Positions 1 to 10,286 are shown, counted from the first letter of the stretch. The stretch is 64,000 nt of DNA from Verrucomicrobiaceae bacterium (GCA_051252135.1 JBPOGH010000013.1:1-64000), one strand, 5' to 3'. Translations and numbers: made by a program. The notes: a model not told the origin generated them from the letters alone.

Positions 1-60
1 GGTCCTGAGGGGCGATCGACTACATGGTCTCTCACTGGCGGCGTTCGCTGCCGCAGGGCC

Positions 61-88
61 ACTCTAGTAAATTTCGGACCCACGTCAA
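61..88 (-). promoter_or_regulatory. Candidate sigma70-type promoter firing out of the left edge of the window
   Basis: Minus strand reads TTGACG-N16-TAGAGT. The transcript would start with a GCGGC/GCCGC hairpin (38-54). Its target lies outside the window. Confidence 0.4.
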
Positions 89-450
89 CGATTTAAGATA
101 ATCTTTCCCACGGTTTTTCCTAAAATGCCGCCAAACCCCTAAACTAAAGGGATTGAGGGGCTTACTTTTTTTCTCAATTTACCACCACTGACCATTGGAA
201 ATATTTGGAAGTATTAACTATCGGTGAAGATGAGGGCCATTTGAAGTCATCATGAGTCACTTTACTTCATGAACGCCGCGGAACCTCCCCTTCCCTGAGG
301 GTCTTCTGGCCACAAAACCCAACCTCTCTCCTCCCAACCAGCCTAACTCGACACCTTCCCGACATCGCATTTCCCTCTATACCCAACCACGAGAGCACGA
401 CCAAACGGATCCCATCTCCGCCCTCTACTGCTGGATTTTGTACGAGATGA

Positions 451-1311
451 TTAGTAGTTCCTCAAACTCTCGACCATCCGGACAGCATCCCTATTTCCGC
501 GAACATCATGCACACGATGAATCCTAGCACCGAAAGATTGGCAGTATGCCGTAAGTGCAACTGTGGGGGCATCACGGTCTGCCACCCCGGAGGATTGAAG
601 AAGAGAACCAATCATGGATTTCCGCGAGAGACCGACAGCAATCGGCCTCTCAAGCCTGGAAAAGAATGAAAGCTTGCTCAGGATCTCCAGATTGTGATCC
701 AAGGTCTTTCCAAAACCAATCCCGGGGTCGACCACCACCCGCCTCCTGTCAATCCCGTGCTCGCTCATACTTTTCACGAGCTCTTCAAAATAGAAAATGA
801 TCTCCCCAACCACATCTTCGTAAATCGGTTTGCTCTGCATTGTCCGTGGCTCACCCCTCATATGCATCGCAACAAGCCCACACGAACGATGGGCGCACAC
901 CCCGATCATCTCTTTGTCTCGGAATCCCGTCACGTCATTCACGATATCCGCACCCTCATCCATAGCTTGGGCCGCAACCTGCGGCTTGGAAGTATCCACG
1001 GAAAGGGCGACATCAAACCGCTTCCTCAGTTCCAGGATCACAGGGATCACCCTCTCCAACTCCTCATCTTCCGAAACAGATTCCGCCCCGGGTCTTGTCG
1101 ATTCCCCACCCACGTCAAGGATGTCAGCGCCCTCTTTCATCATTCTCGCCGCATGGTCGACAGCCAGACCGATTGTCCGGTAATTCCCCCCATCTGAGAA
1201 CGAATCAGGTGTTACATTTAGGATCCCCATAATGAGCCCCTTTTGAGAAAGGTCCCAGGAATACCGTCCGGCCTTCCAGTGGAATGCAGTTCCAGAGTTG
1301 CGCTCGCTCAT
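451..1311 (-). CDS. folP: Dihydropteroate synthase
   Basis: Motifs IMGILNVTPDSFSDGG, DVGGESTRPG, DPGIGFGK, GLSRKS, RVHDV. Start placed at the ATG of MSERNS (alternative 1335). Confidence 0.96.
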   Translation of the reverse strand: MSERNSGTAFHWKAGRYSWDLSQKGLIMGILNVTPDSFSDGGNYRTIGLAVDHAARMMKEGADILDVGGESTRPGAESVSEDEELERVIPVILELRKRFDVALSVDTSKPQVAAQAMDEGADIVNDVTGFRDKEMIGVCAHRSCGLVAMHMRGEPRTMQSKPIYEDVVGEIIFYFEELVKSMSEHGIDRRRVVVDPGIGFGKTLDHNLEILSKLSFFSRLERPIAVGLSRKSMIGSLLQSSGVADRDAPTVALTAYCQSFGARIHRVHDVRGNRDAVRMVESLRNY

Positions 1312-1350
1312 GAGATCGGGCACATTCTCCGCCACACCAATCCCATCACA

Positions 1351-1962
1351 ATGAAAAAACTCATTTCTCTGTTATCTCTCTGCCTATTCATGGCTCCGGC
1401 CGCGATTTGCGACGACGACCTATGGGACGCCAAAGGACCTCATGTCCGAATCAAACGGAACAATTTCGACGGGACTCACGTTGTGTTCAAACGCACTCCC
1501 GATGACAAGAAACTCGTAAAAACAACCAAGGACAAGGACGGCAACGTCACCATGACCGCAGTCTACTACCGGAACGACCGGGGTTTCCTCACCGCAGGTC
1601 GAATTTTCGATGGACAGGGGGCAGCTCTCTTTCGTGTCCGCTACGGTTACCACCGCAAAACCGGTTACTTGATCGCCGAGGACATGTTTGACTCCCGGGC
1701 CAAGTTTGAGATCCCCGATGAAAAGGGCGAAATGCGCGAAATGCCGGTCCGCCGAATCTATTACTTCTACGATGACGAAGGTAGCCAAAGTAAGGCCATT
1801 TCCCTCGTCCCTAAAAAGGGAATTAAGGCGGAGGAGCTTTTCCAAAAAAAGGAGATCAACGATGCCGATATCTACAACGAGGAGAAATACGACCCTTCAA
1901 AATCTTTCCGTCCCGACGACAACCCGTTCGACGAGGAAAAGAAAGCAGCCCAAGGGCGCTAA
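1351..1962 (+). CDS. Secreted hypothetical protein with YD/RHS-like beta-hairpin segments
   Basis: Signal peptide MKKLISLLSLCLFMAPAA; YYRNDRG and YFYDDEG segments. Start trimmed from the track's 1243. Confidence 0.7.
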   Translation: MKKLISLLSLCLFMAPAAICDDDLWDAKGPHVRIKRNNFDGTHVVFKRTPDDKKLVKTTKDKDGNVTMTAVYYRNDRGFLTAGRIFDGQGAALFRVRYGYHRKTGYLIAEDMFDSRAKFEIPDEKGEMREMPVRRIYYFYDDEGSQSKAISLVPKKGIKAEELFQKKEINDADIYNEEKYDPSKSFRPDDNPFDEEKKAAQGR

Positions 1963-1968
1963 GTTCGT

Positions 1969-3132
1969 ATGAGCCCCGAGCGCCTCTTCCAGCTACTCAT
2001 GGCCGGTGGTCTCCTCGCAGGGGGATGGTTTTACGGGCAATATTGGAAACAAGTCGGGGCACCTGAGGGCGGTGACAACGCAATAGCCGAACTTCGCGCT
2101 CAGAATGCAGAACTCACAGTGGAGCTTGATGCCGCTCGCGATGAGATCGCCCAAGTTCGCTCATTGCTTTCAAAAGGCCCTTTTCCCATCCCCGAAGACC
2201 TCATCGCCTTCGTTGAGACGGATGCCGGCCTTTCCTTTCTCAAGGCGCCTGCCGCCCGACTCGCCTCACCTGAAATTCTTCGAAATACCGCAGAGCTCAA
2301 CCTTGAGAAGCTTTTTGGAAAGAGTGGATTGGAAGACCAGCAACAAGCATGGCAGGCCCTCGGGCTACTTTCAGCCAATGACTCACTTCGCGGTCAATGG
2401 ATCGTGATTGAGACCGTTGGCGCTCGCGGACTGATTGACTTCCATTCGGAAGAGATCCTTCTGGCTGAGACCTTCGATCCTGTCAGCATCCCGGATTCCT
2501 CGGTTCTGGTCCATCTCCTCATGCGCCAACTTCTACTTCAAAACTTTCCGGTTCCGGAGTTCACCAACCCCGATGCCGCGCGTGCCTGGCAGGCAGTCCA
2601 CCGGGGAGCCGCGTCCAGCGTGCAAGCCCGCTACATGCGGCGCCGATCTGCCGCCGAGGAAGTCGAATGGAGCGAGGACGAAAGAGAACGGGAGGAAATC
2701 CTCCTCAGCCTCTCGCCCGCCGTCCAGGGCATGACCAATTTCCCCTACCTTGAAGGAGCAAACTTCGCCCAAGCTGCCTATCTAGAAAGTCGCGAAGCAT
2801 TCCTATCTATATTCAAAACACCCCCTTCCTCCACCTTCGGAATCATCTTTCCTGAAGCATCGCCTCCGGGCCCAGCCCCAGGACCATCCATAGGCGCGCT
2901 GGGTCTCCGCCTTATGGTCGAACCCTACGTGGGCATTGAAGCTGCCGACTCCATGGCCCGCACCTGGGTGGGTGACCAATACATCACAGAAGATGACACC
3001 CTAACATGGTCCATTTCACTTTCCTCACCGGAAGCAGCGGAGAATCTGGCCATCACCATGGCCCAAATTGAAGGACCCGCTCGTAACATTTCCCGCAACG
3101 AAAATTCTCTAACCGTCAAAGTCGCACCATGA
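1969..3132 (+). CDS. Membrane-anchored hypothetical protein, possibly an inactive zincin-like fold
   Basis: N-terminal transmembrane helix, coiled coil and FPYLEG motif; operonic between 1351 and acyP. Confidence 0.65.
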   Translation: MSPERLFQLLMAGGLLAGGWFYGQYWKQVGAPEGGDNAIAELRAQNAELTVELDAARDEIAQVRSLLSKGPFPIPEDLIAFVETDAGLSFLKAPAARLASPEILRNTAELNLEKLFGKSGLEDQQQAWQALGLLSANDSLRGQWIVIETVGARGLIDFHSEEILLAETFDPVSIPDSSVLVHLLMRQLLLQNFPVPEFTNPDAARAWQAVHRGAASSVQARYMRRRSAAEEVEWSEDEREREEILLSLSPAVQGMTNFPYLEGANFAQAAYLESREAFLSIFKTPPSSTFGIIFPEASPPGPAPGPSIGALGLRLMVEPYVGIEAADSMARTWVGDQYITEDDTLTWSISLSSPEAAENLAITMAQIEGPARNISRNENSLTVKVAP

Positions 3133-3401
3133 TTGCCAAAAAAATCACCTTCACCGGGCGGGTCCAGGGTGTCGGTTTCCGCTATGCTACCAAAAGACTC
3201 GCTCTCGGGTTCGATGTCATCGGCTGGGTGAGAAATTGCGAAGACGGCACCGTCGAACTACAGGTCATGGGTGAAGAAGTAGAAGTTGAGGATTTTGTCC
3301 GGGAGATCGTGGAAGAGTCCGACCTCGCAAGTCACGTTAAGGAATTCACCGCAACCGAAATCCCTCCCTTGGACAATTGTCGCGGATTCTCGATCCGCTA
3401 G
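3129..3401 (+). CDS. acyP: Acylphosphatase
   Basis: GRVQGVGFR and GWVRN..DGTVE motifs; 90 aa; ATGA overlap with the upstream gene. Confidence 0.95.
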   Translation: MIAKKITFTGRVQGVGFRYATKRLALGFDVIGWVRNCEDGTVELQVMGEEVEVEDFVREIVEESDLASHVKEFTATEIPPLDNCRGFSIR

Positions 3402-4117
3402 TTCCCCGATTGCTCCAGTAGCGTATCGCGAATCAATTTCTGGTCGTCGGGAGAAAGCTTTTCAATCTCGTAAGACAACTCCTTCCCGCTCTCAAGACGA
3501 AAGAGAACATAGCCTTTCTTCACGTCGATCACCTCGGCAACAACATCCTTACCTTCCCTATTTGTCCAGGTCCGGAGAGGAATAATTACCCTGCCTGCTT
3601 CAGCTTTGTCCTCTTCAGTCACCAATTTGCGCCGAAGCGTGAGCTTTGCCAACTCACTCTTAAGCACGTTTTCAAGTGACGGGTCATCCGTAGGACCGCT
3701 GAATGCCATCTGCCCACGTCGCCCAAAAATAAAAGTGTGAGGAAATCCCGAGATGCTCACCGGCCCCCGAGCACCCTTGGTTAGCGTGAAATCAACCCTA
3801 TTTCGTTTCGCCACTGATTCAACCTCATCCGCTCCACTCTCAAACATTTCCGCTCCGATCATCATGAAGCCCTCCCGTTTGTGCTTCCCATGCCATCCCG
3901 CAAGTTGGGAAAGGGTTTCTCCGCCATCACGAGCCGACCAGTAGGTAATCATCACCACCTGCCCTTCGAGGGTTTCGAGATTCACCTCGGTTCCAAAAAT
4001 TGTTTTTCCAACCGACCATTCACCCAGATCTCTGGTGGGAGCCATTTCCTCGCCATTCACTCCCGACTGGAAAAGCACGGCAGCCGCGCAAATGGCTAGA
4101 ATGGTCCAAACCTTCAT
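3398..4117 (-). CDS. Secreted TlpA/thioredoxin-like protein (no CxxC) with C-terminal SHD1 domain
   Basis: Signal peptide; thioredoxin-fold pattern (GQVVMITYW...GFPHTFIFGRRG); SHD1-like RTWTNREGK...IEKLSPDDQKLI. Confidence 0.75.
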   Translation of the reverse strand: MKVWTILAICAAAVLFQSGVNGEEMAPTRDLGEWSVGKTIFGTEVNLETLEGQVVMITYWSARDGGETLSQLAGWHGKHKREGFMMIGAEMFESGADEVESVAKRNRVDFTLTKGARGPVSISGFPHTFIFGRRGQMAFSGPTDDPSLENVLKSELAKLTLRRKLVTEEDKAEAGRVIIPLRTWTNREGKDVVAEVIDVKKGYVLFRLESGKELSYEIEKLSPDDQKLIRDTLLEQSGN

Positions 4118-4149
4118 TACCTGTAGCGTCCGTTAGTTTATACCTTCAT

Positions 4150-4665
4150 TCAAGGCGCGATTGCCTGATCCTTCCGCCCCAGTATCTTCCGGATGGCCCC
4201 ACCTATGATCCCAAGCCCACCGATAACAAAGAGTGAAGGAAACCAGATCGAATATCCTCCTGCTTTCGTTTCGTGTGCCAGAACCGACTCCTGCGGCACA
4301 TCTGGATTCACGTGCAAAGGATAAGGTTGCCCCACAAGCCACTTTTTTACCTCAGGCTCAATCTTCGCCCTCTCCTTATACCAGGGGTTTTCTCGACGCT
4401 TGAGGTGATTGTTGATATAGAATTCCTCCTCAAATTGGTATTCGTAGATAATCTTCAACGAATATTCGATTGGGATCTCGGCACCCAATTTCCGCTCCTG
4501 CACCGCTGACTCCAAAATAGTCGCCTGCACCACCGGCCAACTTCGTGTTTCTTGAGCACTGCGGTAGGACTTCCATAGAAGCGCCACGAAAATCCCCCCC
4601 ATGATAAGAACCAATGTTCCTATAAAGATCAGGTAGATCGGACCGGCCAGACTCGTTTTGCGCAC
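4150..4665 (-). CDS. DUF3592-like membrane protein
   Basis: Two transmembrane helices flanking TRSWPVVQATILES...IIYEYQF...VNPDVPQESVL. GTG start inferred to avoid overlap with the divergent yqeY. Confidence 0.75.
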   Translation of the reverse strand: MRKTSLAGPIYLIFIGTLVLIMGGIFVALLWKSYRSAQETRSWPVVQATILESAVQERKLGAEIPIEYSLKIIYEYQFEEEFYINNHLKRRENPWYKERAKIEPEVKKWLVGQPYPLHVNPDVPQESVLAHETKAGGYSIWFPSLFVIGGLGIIGGAIRKILGRKDQAIAP

Positions 4666-4753
4666 GTGCTTCCTTATCACATCCCCCCTCCCCTGCAAGC
4701 GGATGCCGCGATTCGCCCTTGCCTCATGAGCCCGGGGGAGCGACAAACCATCC

Positions 4754-5209
4754 ATGAGCAGCTTTTCTGATCAAGTCATGTCCGACCTCAAAGACGCCAT
4801 GAGGGCTAAAGATTCCGTCGCCCTCACCACCCTCCGCGCTCTTAAAACGGCCCTCACCAATGCTGCCATTGAATCAGGCAACAAGGACAACGTCGTCGAA
4901 GAGGCCGATGCCCTTGCCATCGTTCGCAAGCAGATCAAACAGCGCCACGACTCCATCGAGCAATTCTCCAATGCCGGGCGCGCCGAACTCGCCGATAACG
5001 AAAAAGCCGAGATCGTCATCTTGGAAAAGTATCTTCCGGCGGCTCTCAGCCCCGAAGAAGTTTCCCAAATTGTGAGTGATGCTGTTGCCGAAACCGGAGC
5101 CACTTCCCGTGCCGACATGGGAAAGGTCATGAAGATCGTTCAAGAAAAAGTCGCCGGACGAGCTGATGGTAAAACCCTCTCACAAGAGGTGATGAAGCAC
5201 CTTTCATGA
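4754..5209 (+). CDS. yqeY: GatB/YqeY domain protein
   Basis: LKDAMRAKD, KQIKQRHDSIEQF..AGR.ELA, YLP, DMGKVM, GRADGK. Confidence 0.93.
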   Translation: MSSFSDQVMSDLKDAMRAKDSVALTTLRALKTALTNAAIESGNKDNVVEEADALAIVRKQIKQRHDSIEQFSNAGRAELADNEKAEIVILEKYLPAALSPEEVSQIVSDAVAETGATSRADMGKVMKIVQEKVAGRADGKTLSQEVMKHLS

Positions 5210-5847
5210 GCCTCGCCGCCATCATCGTCGCCTCAGGGTCCAGTCGGCGCATGGGCTTTGACAAACTCGCCGCGCAACTCAACGGCAAGCCGGTTCTCTG
5301 GCACAGTGTCCGGGCCTTTTCATCCCTCGATGAGATCTGCCAGGTCATCGTTGTCACCACACCGGAACGCTTTGCATGGTTGACCGATCTCGGTGACAAG
5401 CTCACCCGGGTCGATGGTGGCGACGAACGACCGGATTCTGTAGCCTCGGGACTGGCCGCACTCAGAAAAGACATTACTCACGTCGCCATTCACGATGGCG
5501 CACGCCCTCTCGTCTCGCCGGAGGCGATCCGTGAAACGCTTTCCACAGCGAAAGAATCAGGAGCGGCCGCCCTCGCTCGCCGCGTCACCGAAACACTCAA
5601 AAAAGCAACCCCTCAAGGAATTACCACCGAATCAGTCTCACGGGATGACCTTTGGATCATGGAAACACCCCAAGTTTTCTCCGTGGAACTCATTCGAGAA
5701 GCCTACGTAAACGTCAAAACAGGCGATGCCCGAATCACAGACGAAGTCTCCGCCCTCCAACTTTTGGGACACGGCACCACTTTGGTCGAAAATCGTAGCC
5801 CAAACCCCAAAATTACCGTTGAGGCTGATCTCAACGCCCTTCGGTAA
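5206..5847 (+). CDS. ispD: 2-C-methyl-D-erythritol 4-phosphate cytidylyltransferase
   Basis: IIVASGSSRRMG.DK, GGDER.DSV, IHDGARP, ETPQVF, ITDE, NPKIT..DL. Confidence 0.94.
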   Translation: MSLAAIIVASGSSRRMGFDKLAAQLNGKPVLWHSVRAFSSLDEICQVIVVTTPERFAWLTDLGDKLTRVDGGDERPDSVASGLAALRKDITHVAIHDGARPLVSPEAIRETLSTAKESGAAALARRVTETLKKATPQGITTESVSRDDLWIMETPQVFSVELIREAYVNVKTGDARITDEVSALQLLGHGTTLVENRSPNPKITVEADLNALR

Positions 5848-5853
5848 TAGCGA

Positions 5854-6933
5854 TCAGTCGTCGTCGTATTTGCCGTGCGTAAACTGCTCGGCATTTCCGC
5901 CCTTATAAAGCTTCCCCTTGTAGACCATACTGAACTTCCCCGCAGTCTTCTCGGAAATCTCCATCAACTGTCCCGCCGGGCTACCCGGTAGCTCAAGAGC
6001 GATCGTGTTAATCGGAACATGATGGACGTTGATCTCTTTCAATTCATCCAACACCAAATCCCCGTCGCGTGGATCACCATCCGAAAGCAGAAAAACCCCG
6101 TTTGGGGGAGGATCCATCGAAAGCGCCATCTTTAGCGCAGGATACCAAACCGTTCCACCGGCCGTTGGCATCGCCGTAATTTTACTGATTAACTCCTTCT
6201 TTAACTTTGGATTGGCGGGATACCATGCCACTTGCGGTGTTTTTCCCACTCCAATCCAACCGTTTTCGTTCGGCATGGAACCCTTCGTATCAAAGGTCCA
6301 GGCTGTGTTGGAAAAGAAGACGACAGCCACCTCCATCCCGGGCGGAAGCTCGTTGATGGACCGAATAAGTTCCTTCTTCAGCGCCGCGATCCGGGTCCCT
6401 CCCGATTCGGTACGCTCCTTCATTGATCCGGAAAAATCCACAATGTAGACCATTCGCTTGCCCTGCATGCGCCCCCCGAAGAATGTAGCACCGCCTCCGC
6501 CGCTTCCATCCCCTTCTCCGGAACCGAACCCCATCCCGAAATCATCTTCCATTCCAAGCATCGCATCCGGAATCGACATCTCGGGAATCGGAACCGATAC
6601 CTCGCTTGGCACACTTGATGCGACCACTCGGGCCATCGAAGAACTCGCTCCCGGGGGACGCGGCTGGGCATTGTTACTGATCTCCTTCTTCTGCAACTGG
6701 GGTTCCTCTTCTTCCAATGGTGCATTGTAGGTGATCAGAACAGGAATATCCTTCTGAACCGGGATCATCGCAATGAGCGCCAGGATCGAGACCACAAATG
6801 CCACAGCCAAAAGGGCCGTAATAGAAGACTGGATCGTCTCCTTCTTCTGCTGCTCGGCAAGCACCCGGTCGACCGCTTCAGCCGTCGCTCGCAGCCGATC
6901 CTCATCAGCTTCAGTCACCAGCAAATCGTTCAT
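5854..6933 (-). CDS. Membrane-anchored von Willebrand factor A (VWA) domain protein
   Basis: Transmembrane helix, Gly-rich linker, MIDAS motif YIVDFSGSM, GGT, FLLSDG. Confidence 0.85.
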   Translation of the reverse strand: MNDLLVTEADEDRLRATAEAVDRVLAEQQKKETIQSSITALLAVAFVVSILALIAMIPVQKDIPVLITYNAPLEEEEPQLQKKEISNNAQPRPPGASSSMARVVASSVPSEVSVPIPEMSIPDAMLGMEDDFGMGFGSGEGDGSGGGGATFFGGRMQGKRMVYIVDFSGSMKERTESGGTRIAALKKELIRSINELPPGMEVAVVFFSNTAWTFDTKGSMPNENGWIGVGKTPQVAWYPANPKLKKELISKITAMPTAGGTVWYPALKMALSMDPPPNGVFLLSDGDPRDGDLVLDELKEINVHHVPINTIALELPGSPAGQLMEISEKTAGKFSMVYKGKLYKGGNAEQFTHGKYDDD

Positions 6934-6988
6934 CAGGAGGGGAACCTAGAAGCTTCATCATCCTCTGACCAGCAGTTTCCACCGGACC

Positions 6989-7030
6989 AAAAAAGCAAAA
7001 TGCCCTCCGGAGAAAACTCCGAAGGGCATT
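6989..7030 (-). terminator. Intrinsic terminator of the 7054-9315 gene
   Basis: AATGCCCTCCGGAG-AAAA-CTCCGAAGGGCATT stem followed by a T-tract on the minus strand. Confidence 0.8.
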
Positions 7031-7053
7031 GAAATGACTGGCTCTAGGTGAGC

Positions 7054-9315
7054 TTACTTTGTTTTGAAATGAAGCGAAGAACGCACTTCGCCACCCGCCT
7101 CACGGGTGTAGATCGTCAGGGAATCCAACTCACCCGAAGCTTCCAGCACCTGATTGATCAGGGGTAGATTCGCGAGGAAGTCATCTTTCTCACTCTCATT
7201 TCCCTCAAAAAGCGTGTCGGCATTGTTCTTGGCCAGCTCCACCCAGTATTTTGCAAAGGTTTGCAGTTCGGCGAAATTCACTTTGATATAGGAACCCGTG
7301 CGCTTGGTAGCTCCACCCCCGGCCACCGAAGCAATGAGCTCGTTGGCAAACTTGGGTGATGTCGAAGCAACGAAGATTTCATCGCTGATCGAAATATTGG
7401 GGTTGGCATCCTTGGTCACCGTTGGAATCGGGAAGAAATACGTCGTCAGGTCGTCCTTTGAGCTCTCCAGAGGCTCCTGCATCGGAATCTCAGGCCCACC
7501 GGCCTCGCTCACCGCCTTAAGCAGACGCTCGGCAGATCCATTGATTCGCTCCCAGGATTTGGCCACTTTCTCACGGTCGGTCACCGGCATCATGATTGCC
7601 AAACGGGGAATCTTGCCATCCTTGATGACCACTTCGGGAACCTCGGGGACTTTGGGAAGGGTTCCGTTTAAATCCACAATGATTGCGGACTCATTTCCGG
7701 TTCCGGCAGCAAAATCATCAGTCAGCGCCGACCAAATTTCAGCCAAATCCTTGGCCGCCAGCTGGTCAAACAATGCGAAGCCTTCCTTGAATTCTGCAAG
7801 CTCATTGTCGTCCGCATCCAATTCACCAATCTGGCGGGCTACCAAATAGGTGGCTTCACCTAGAGTCGCCAGATACTCTCCCAGCTTCTCCGAGAACTCG
7901 GGATCACTGGTGGAATTGGCGAAAAGAACCACCCCGTCACCTTCACCCACTGGAGTGAAGGTGTGAGTGGTATCAAAATCGACCGAAGGCATATTGGACC
8001 CGCCATGCGACTCCATCTTAAATCCGTCTTCAATGAAACCCACCAACCCGTATGGATTGTAGTCAATCATCTTCACCATCGCTTCTTCAAGACCCACCGC
8101 CTGCTCAAGCAAGGTCTGGATATCACGGGTGTCTCCGAAGGCTTCAGCCTCGGCAAGACCGTCCTTAAGACCGCTGAGCATCGCTCCCAGGAATTTCGTC
8201 GAACCGGTGATCCCGTCCATCGCCTCCTCTTCCGCATAGGAAATAAGGCGCACTTCCTTATCCGCGTAACGCTTTAGGAACTGCGCGTCCTTCTCAGCCA
8301 AAAATGACGATGAGATCGATTCGGCAAGCACGAAGTCCTCCATCGCATTGCCGACGTAGATGATCACGTAGTCCCCGTAACTGCCCGTAGCGACATGAAG
8401 ATTCTTTTCCGCAATCGCCTTGATCAGACGATCCGCCTCCTCTTCACCACCCAGCATTTGGGCCATTTCCTCGCGTCCGTTCTCTTCAGCCAAAGTAGCC
8501 AGAGTCTGACCCGCAATCGTAAATCCGGTGAGTTGCACGCCCGATTTCTCCAGCGCCAAATCTTCAAGAAATCCATCAGCCTCAAGAACCAATTCGGTCA
8601 GCTGTCCGGAGACCATGTCGGCAATTTGATTACGCATCTCCTCGTCGCTGATTTTGACTCCCAGCATCACCGGAGGCATTGAGGATTTCTCAAGCACTCC
8701 GATTCCCGCCTTGGGATCGCCAATCAAGCCGCTCAGGAATGACATCGCCTGCGCTTGCATCGCATTCGGATCAACAGCTCCGCCAAATTGCATCTCCATC
8801 ATTCCCACCAGCATCTTGATCTGATGATAGTTACTGGAATTGCTGAACTGGTTCAGATTAACCGCCTGGTTTCCGGAATTGTTGCCAAAGGAGAGAAACA
8901 ACTCCTCACCAAGCACCGCGCGAATCATCTGGGCCTCGGGAGCATCTTCCGCTTCGTCCAAATCCATCCCGTCTTCCTTCAGCGTATCTTTGACCAATTG
9001 GCCAATCTTGCTGGCAAGGACCCGATCATAGATATCGCTCGCATTCACAATGGAAAGATAACCTTCCACATCAGCCGAAAGATGTTGGGCAAAACCCGTC
9101 TTCTTGGCCAAATCCTCGAGGGACACTTCGGGAACGTCCCCCGCTTCTTCTCCACCGTCGGGAGTGACTGCGTCGACGACCTTGTCGACGATGGTAGCTA
9201 CTTCTTCAGTAGCTGATGAGCCATCAGCCGTGGTCTTGTCTTTCTTTTCTCCACACGAGAGAGAGAAGAAGAGACCGCACGCCAGCGATGGGATTACAAT
9301 GGTCTTTAGTTTCAT
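7054..9315 (-). CDS. Large acidic lipoprotein of unknown function
   Basis: 753-aa ORF; signal peptide with lipobox-like SLSC; followed by a terminator. Confidence 0.8.
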   Translation of the reverse strand: MKLKTIVIPSLACGLFFSLSCGEKKDKTTADGSSATEEVATIVDKVVDAVTPDGGEEAGDVPEVSLEDLAKKTGFAQHLSADVEGYLSIVNASDIYDRVLASKIGQLVKDTLKEDGMDLDEAEDAPEAQMIRAVLGEELFLSFGNNSGNQAVNLNQFSNSSNYHQIKMLVGMMEMQFGGAVDPNAMQAQAMSFLSGLIGDPKAGIGVLEKSSMPPVMLGVKISDEEMRNQIADMVSGQLTELVLEADGFLEDLALEKSGVQLTGFTIAGQTLATLAEENGREEMAQMLGGEEEADRLIKAIAEKNLHVATGSYGDYVIIYVGNAMEDFVLAESISSSFLAEKDAQFLKRYADKEVRLISYAEEEAMDGITGSTKFLGAMLSGLKDGLAEAEAFGDTRDIQTLLEQAVGLEEAMVKMIDYNPYGLVGFIEDGFKMESHGGSNMPSVDFDTTHTFTPVGEGDGVVLFANSTSDPEFSEKLGEYLATLGEATYLVARQIGELDADDNELAEFKEGFALFDQLAAKDLAEIWSALTDDFAAGTGNESAIIVDLNGTLPKVPEVPEVVIKDGKIPRLAIMMPVTDREKVAKSWERINGSAERLLKAVSEAGGPEIPMQEPLESSKDDLTTYFFPIPTVTKDANPNISISDEIFVASTSPKFANELIASVAGGGATKRTGSYIKVNFAELQTFAKYWVELAKNNADTLFEGNESEKDDFLANLPLINQVLEASGELDSLTIYTREAGGEVRSSLHFKTK

Positions 9316-9384
9316 GAGATTGTCAGATTAGGGGGTTTAATTGAAAAAGCCTATTACAAGCTGCGTCCGCAATTGGAATGATCA

Positions 9385-10161
9385 CTAAGGTTGGTCATAT
9401 TCGCCGGTTTCGCGAATCCAAATGTTACGGAACTGAATTGGATCACCGTGATCCTGAATACTGATGGGTCCACGCTCGGGATGCTTTGCAGGGTAACTGG
9501 CAAGCTTCTTATGTTGCGTTGGTCCCAAATACTCCTTCGCATTGTGCAGCAGGACTCCATTATGGAAAAGGGTCAATTTCGCCGGCTCCACGCACGTCTC
9601 CCCCTCGTAGCGGGGTGCTTTAAAAACGATATCGTAGCTATTCCACTCCCCCTTGGGAGCTGAAGCATTCACCAAAGGCGGATACTGACCATACATCCCA
9701 CCGGCCTGGCCGTCGGGGTACGTCTTGTTCTCGTAACAGGCCAAGACCTGAACCTCATAACGCCCCATCAGGAAAAGTCCGCTATTCCCTCCCTGCTGCC
9801 CGTTCACCTTCCGGTCTGCAGGGATACGCCACTCCACATGCATCTGAAAATCCCGAAACTGATCCTTGGTCTGATTGGACTTCTTTCCCACCGTCATCAC
9901 CCCCTCCTCGACCTTCCACCCTTCGTTGGTCCAGCCATGCGCACCATCTGCTCCCAACAGAACCTTCGCATCCGCCGGCGGAGCCACGGATACCGCACCC
10001 TGCGTTGCCACCTTCCGCGGCTGTGGACGGGTCCCGTCGTGCACCACCCACTCCACTCCCGGAAGTTGAGGGGTATCGGGCTTTTCACCAAAGTTCACCG
10101 CAAGCGCCAGCCCACCGGCAGCTGTCAAAAAGCCGCCTTGGATTACATGTTTGAGCTTCAT
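9385..10161 (-). CDS. DUF1080 (3-keto-disaccharide hydrolase) family protein
   Basis: FRDFQMHVEWR, GNSGLFLMGRYEVQVL, GEWNSYDIVF, IQDHGDPIQFRNIWIR. Start at MKLKH, which gives a signal peptide. Confidence 0.92.
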   Translation of the reverse strand: MKLKHVIQGGFLTAAGGLALAVNFGEKPDTPQLPGVEWVVHDGTRPQPRKVATQGAVSVAPPADAKVLLGADGAHGWTNEGWKVEEGVMTVGKKSNQTKDQFRDFQMHVEWRIPADRKVNGQQGGNSGLFLMGRYEVQVLACYENKTYPDGQAGGMYGQYPPLVNASAPKGEWNSYDIVFKAPRYEGETCVEPAKLTLFHNGVLLHNAKEYLGPTQHKKLASYPAKHPERGPISIQDHGDPIQFRNIWIRETGEYDQP

Positions 10162-10286
10162 ATGGTTGAATCCAACCGAATTCTCCTTCCATTCGCAACA
10201 GAATCCCCCAAAATCTTCAACGATCACAACCATAGGGGTTGCGGGATGACCGACTTTGTGAAACTTTTCACAAGCCCCAAAGCAGA

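Noticed and set aside
91..118. Possible dif site (ATTTAAGATAA resembles a XerD arm)
   Set aside because: The other arm shows no XerC-like match at 6-bp spacing.
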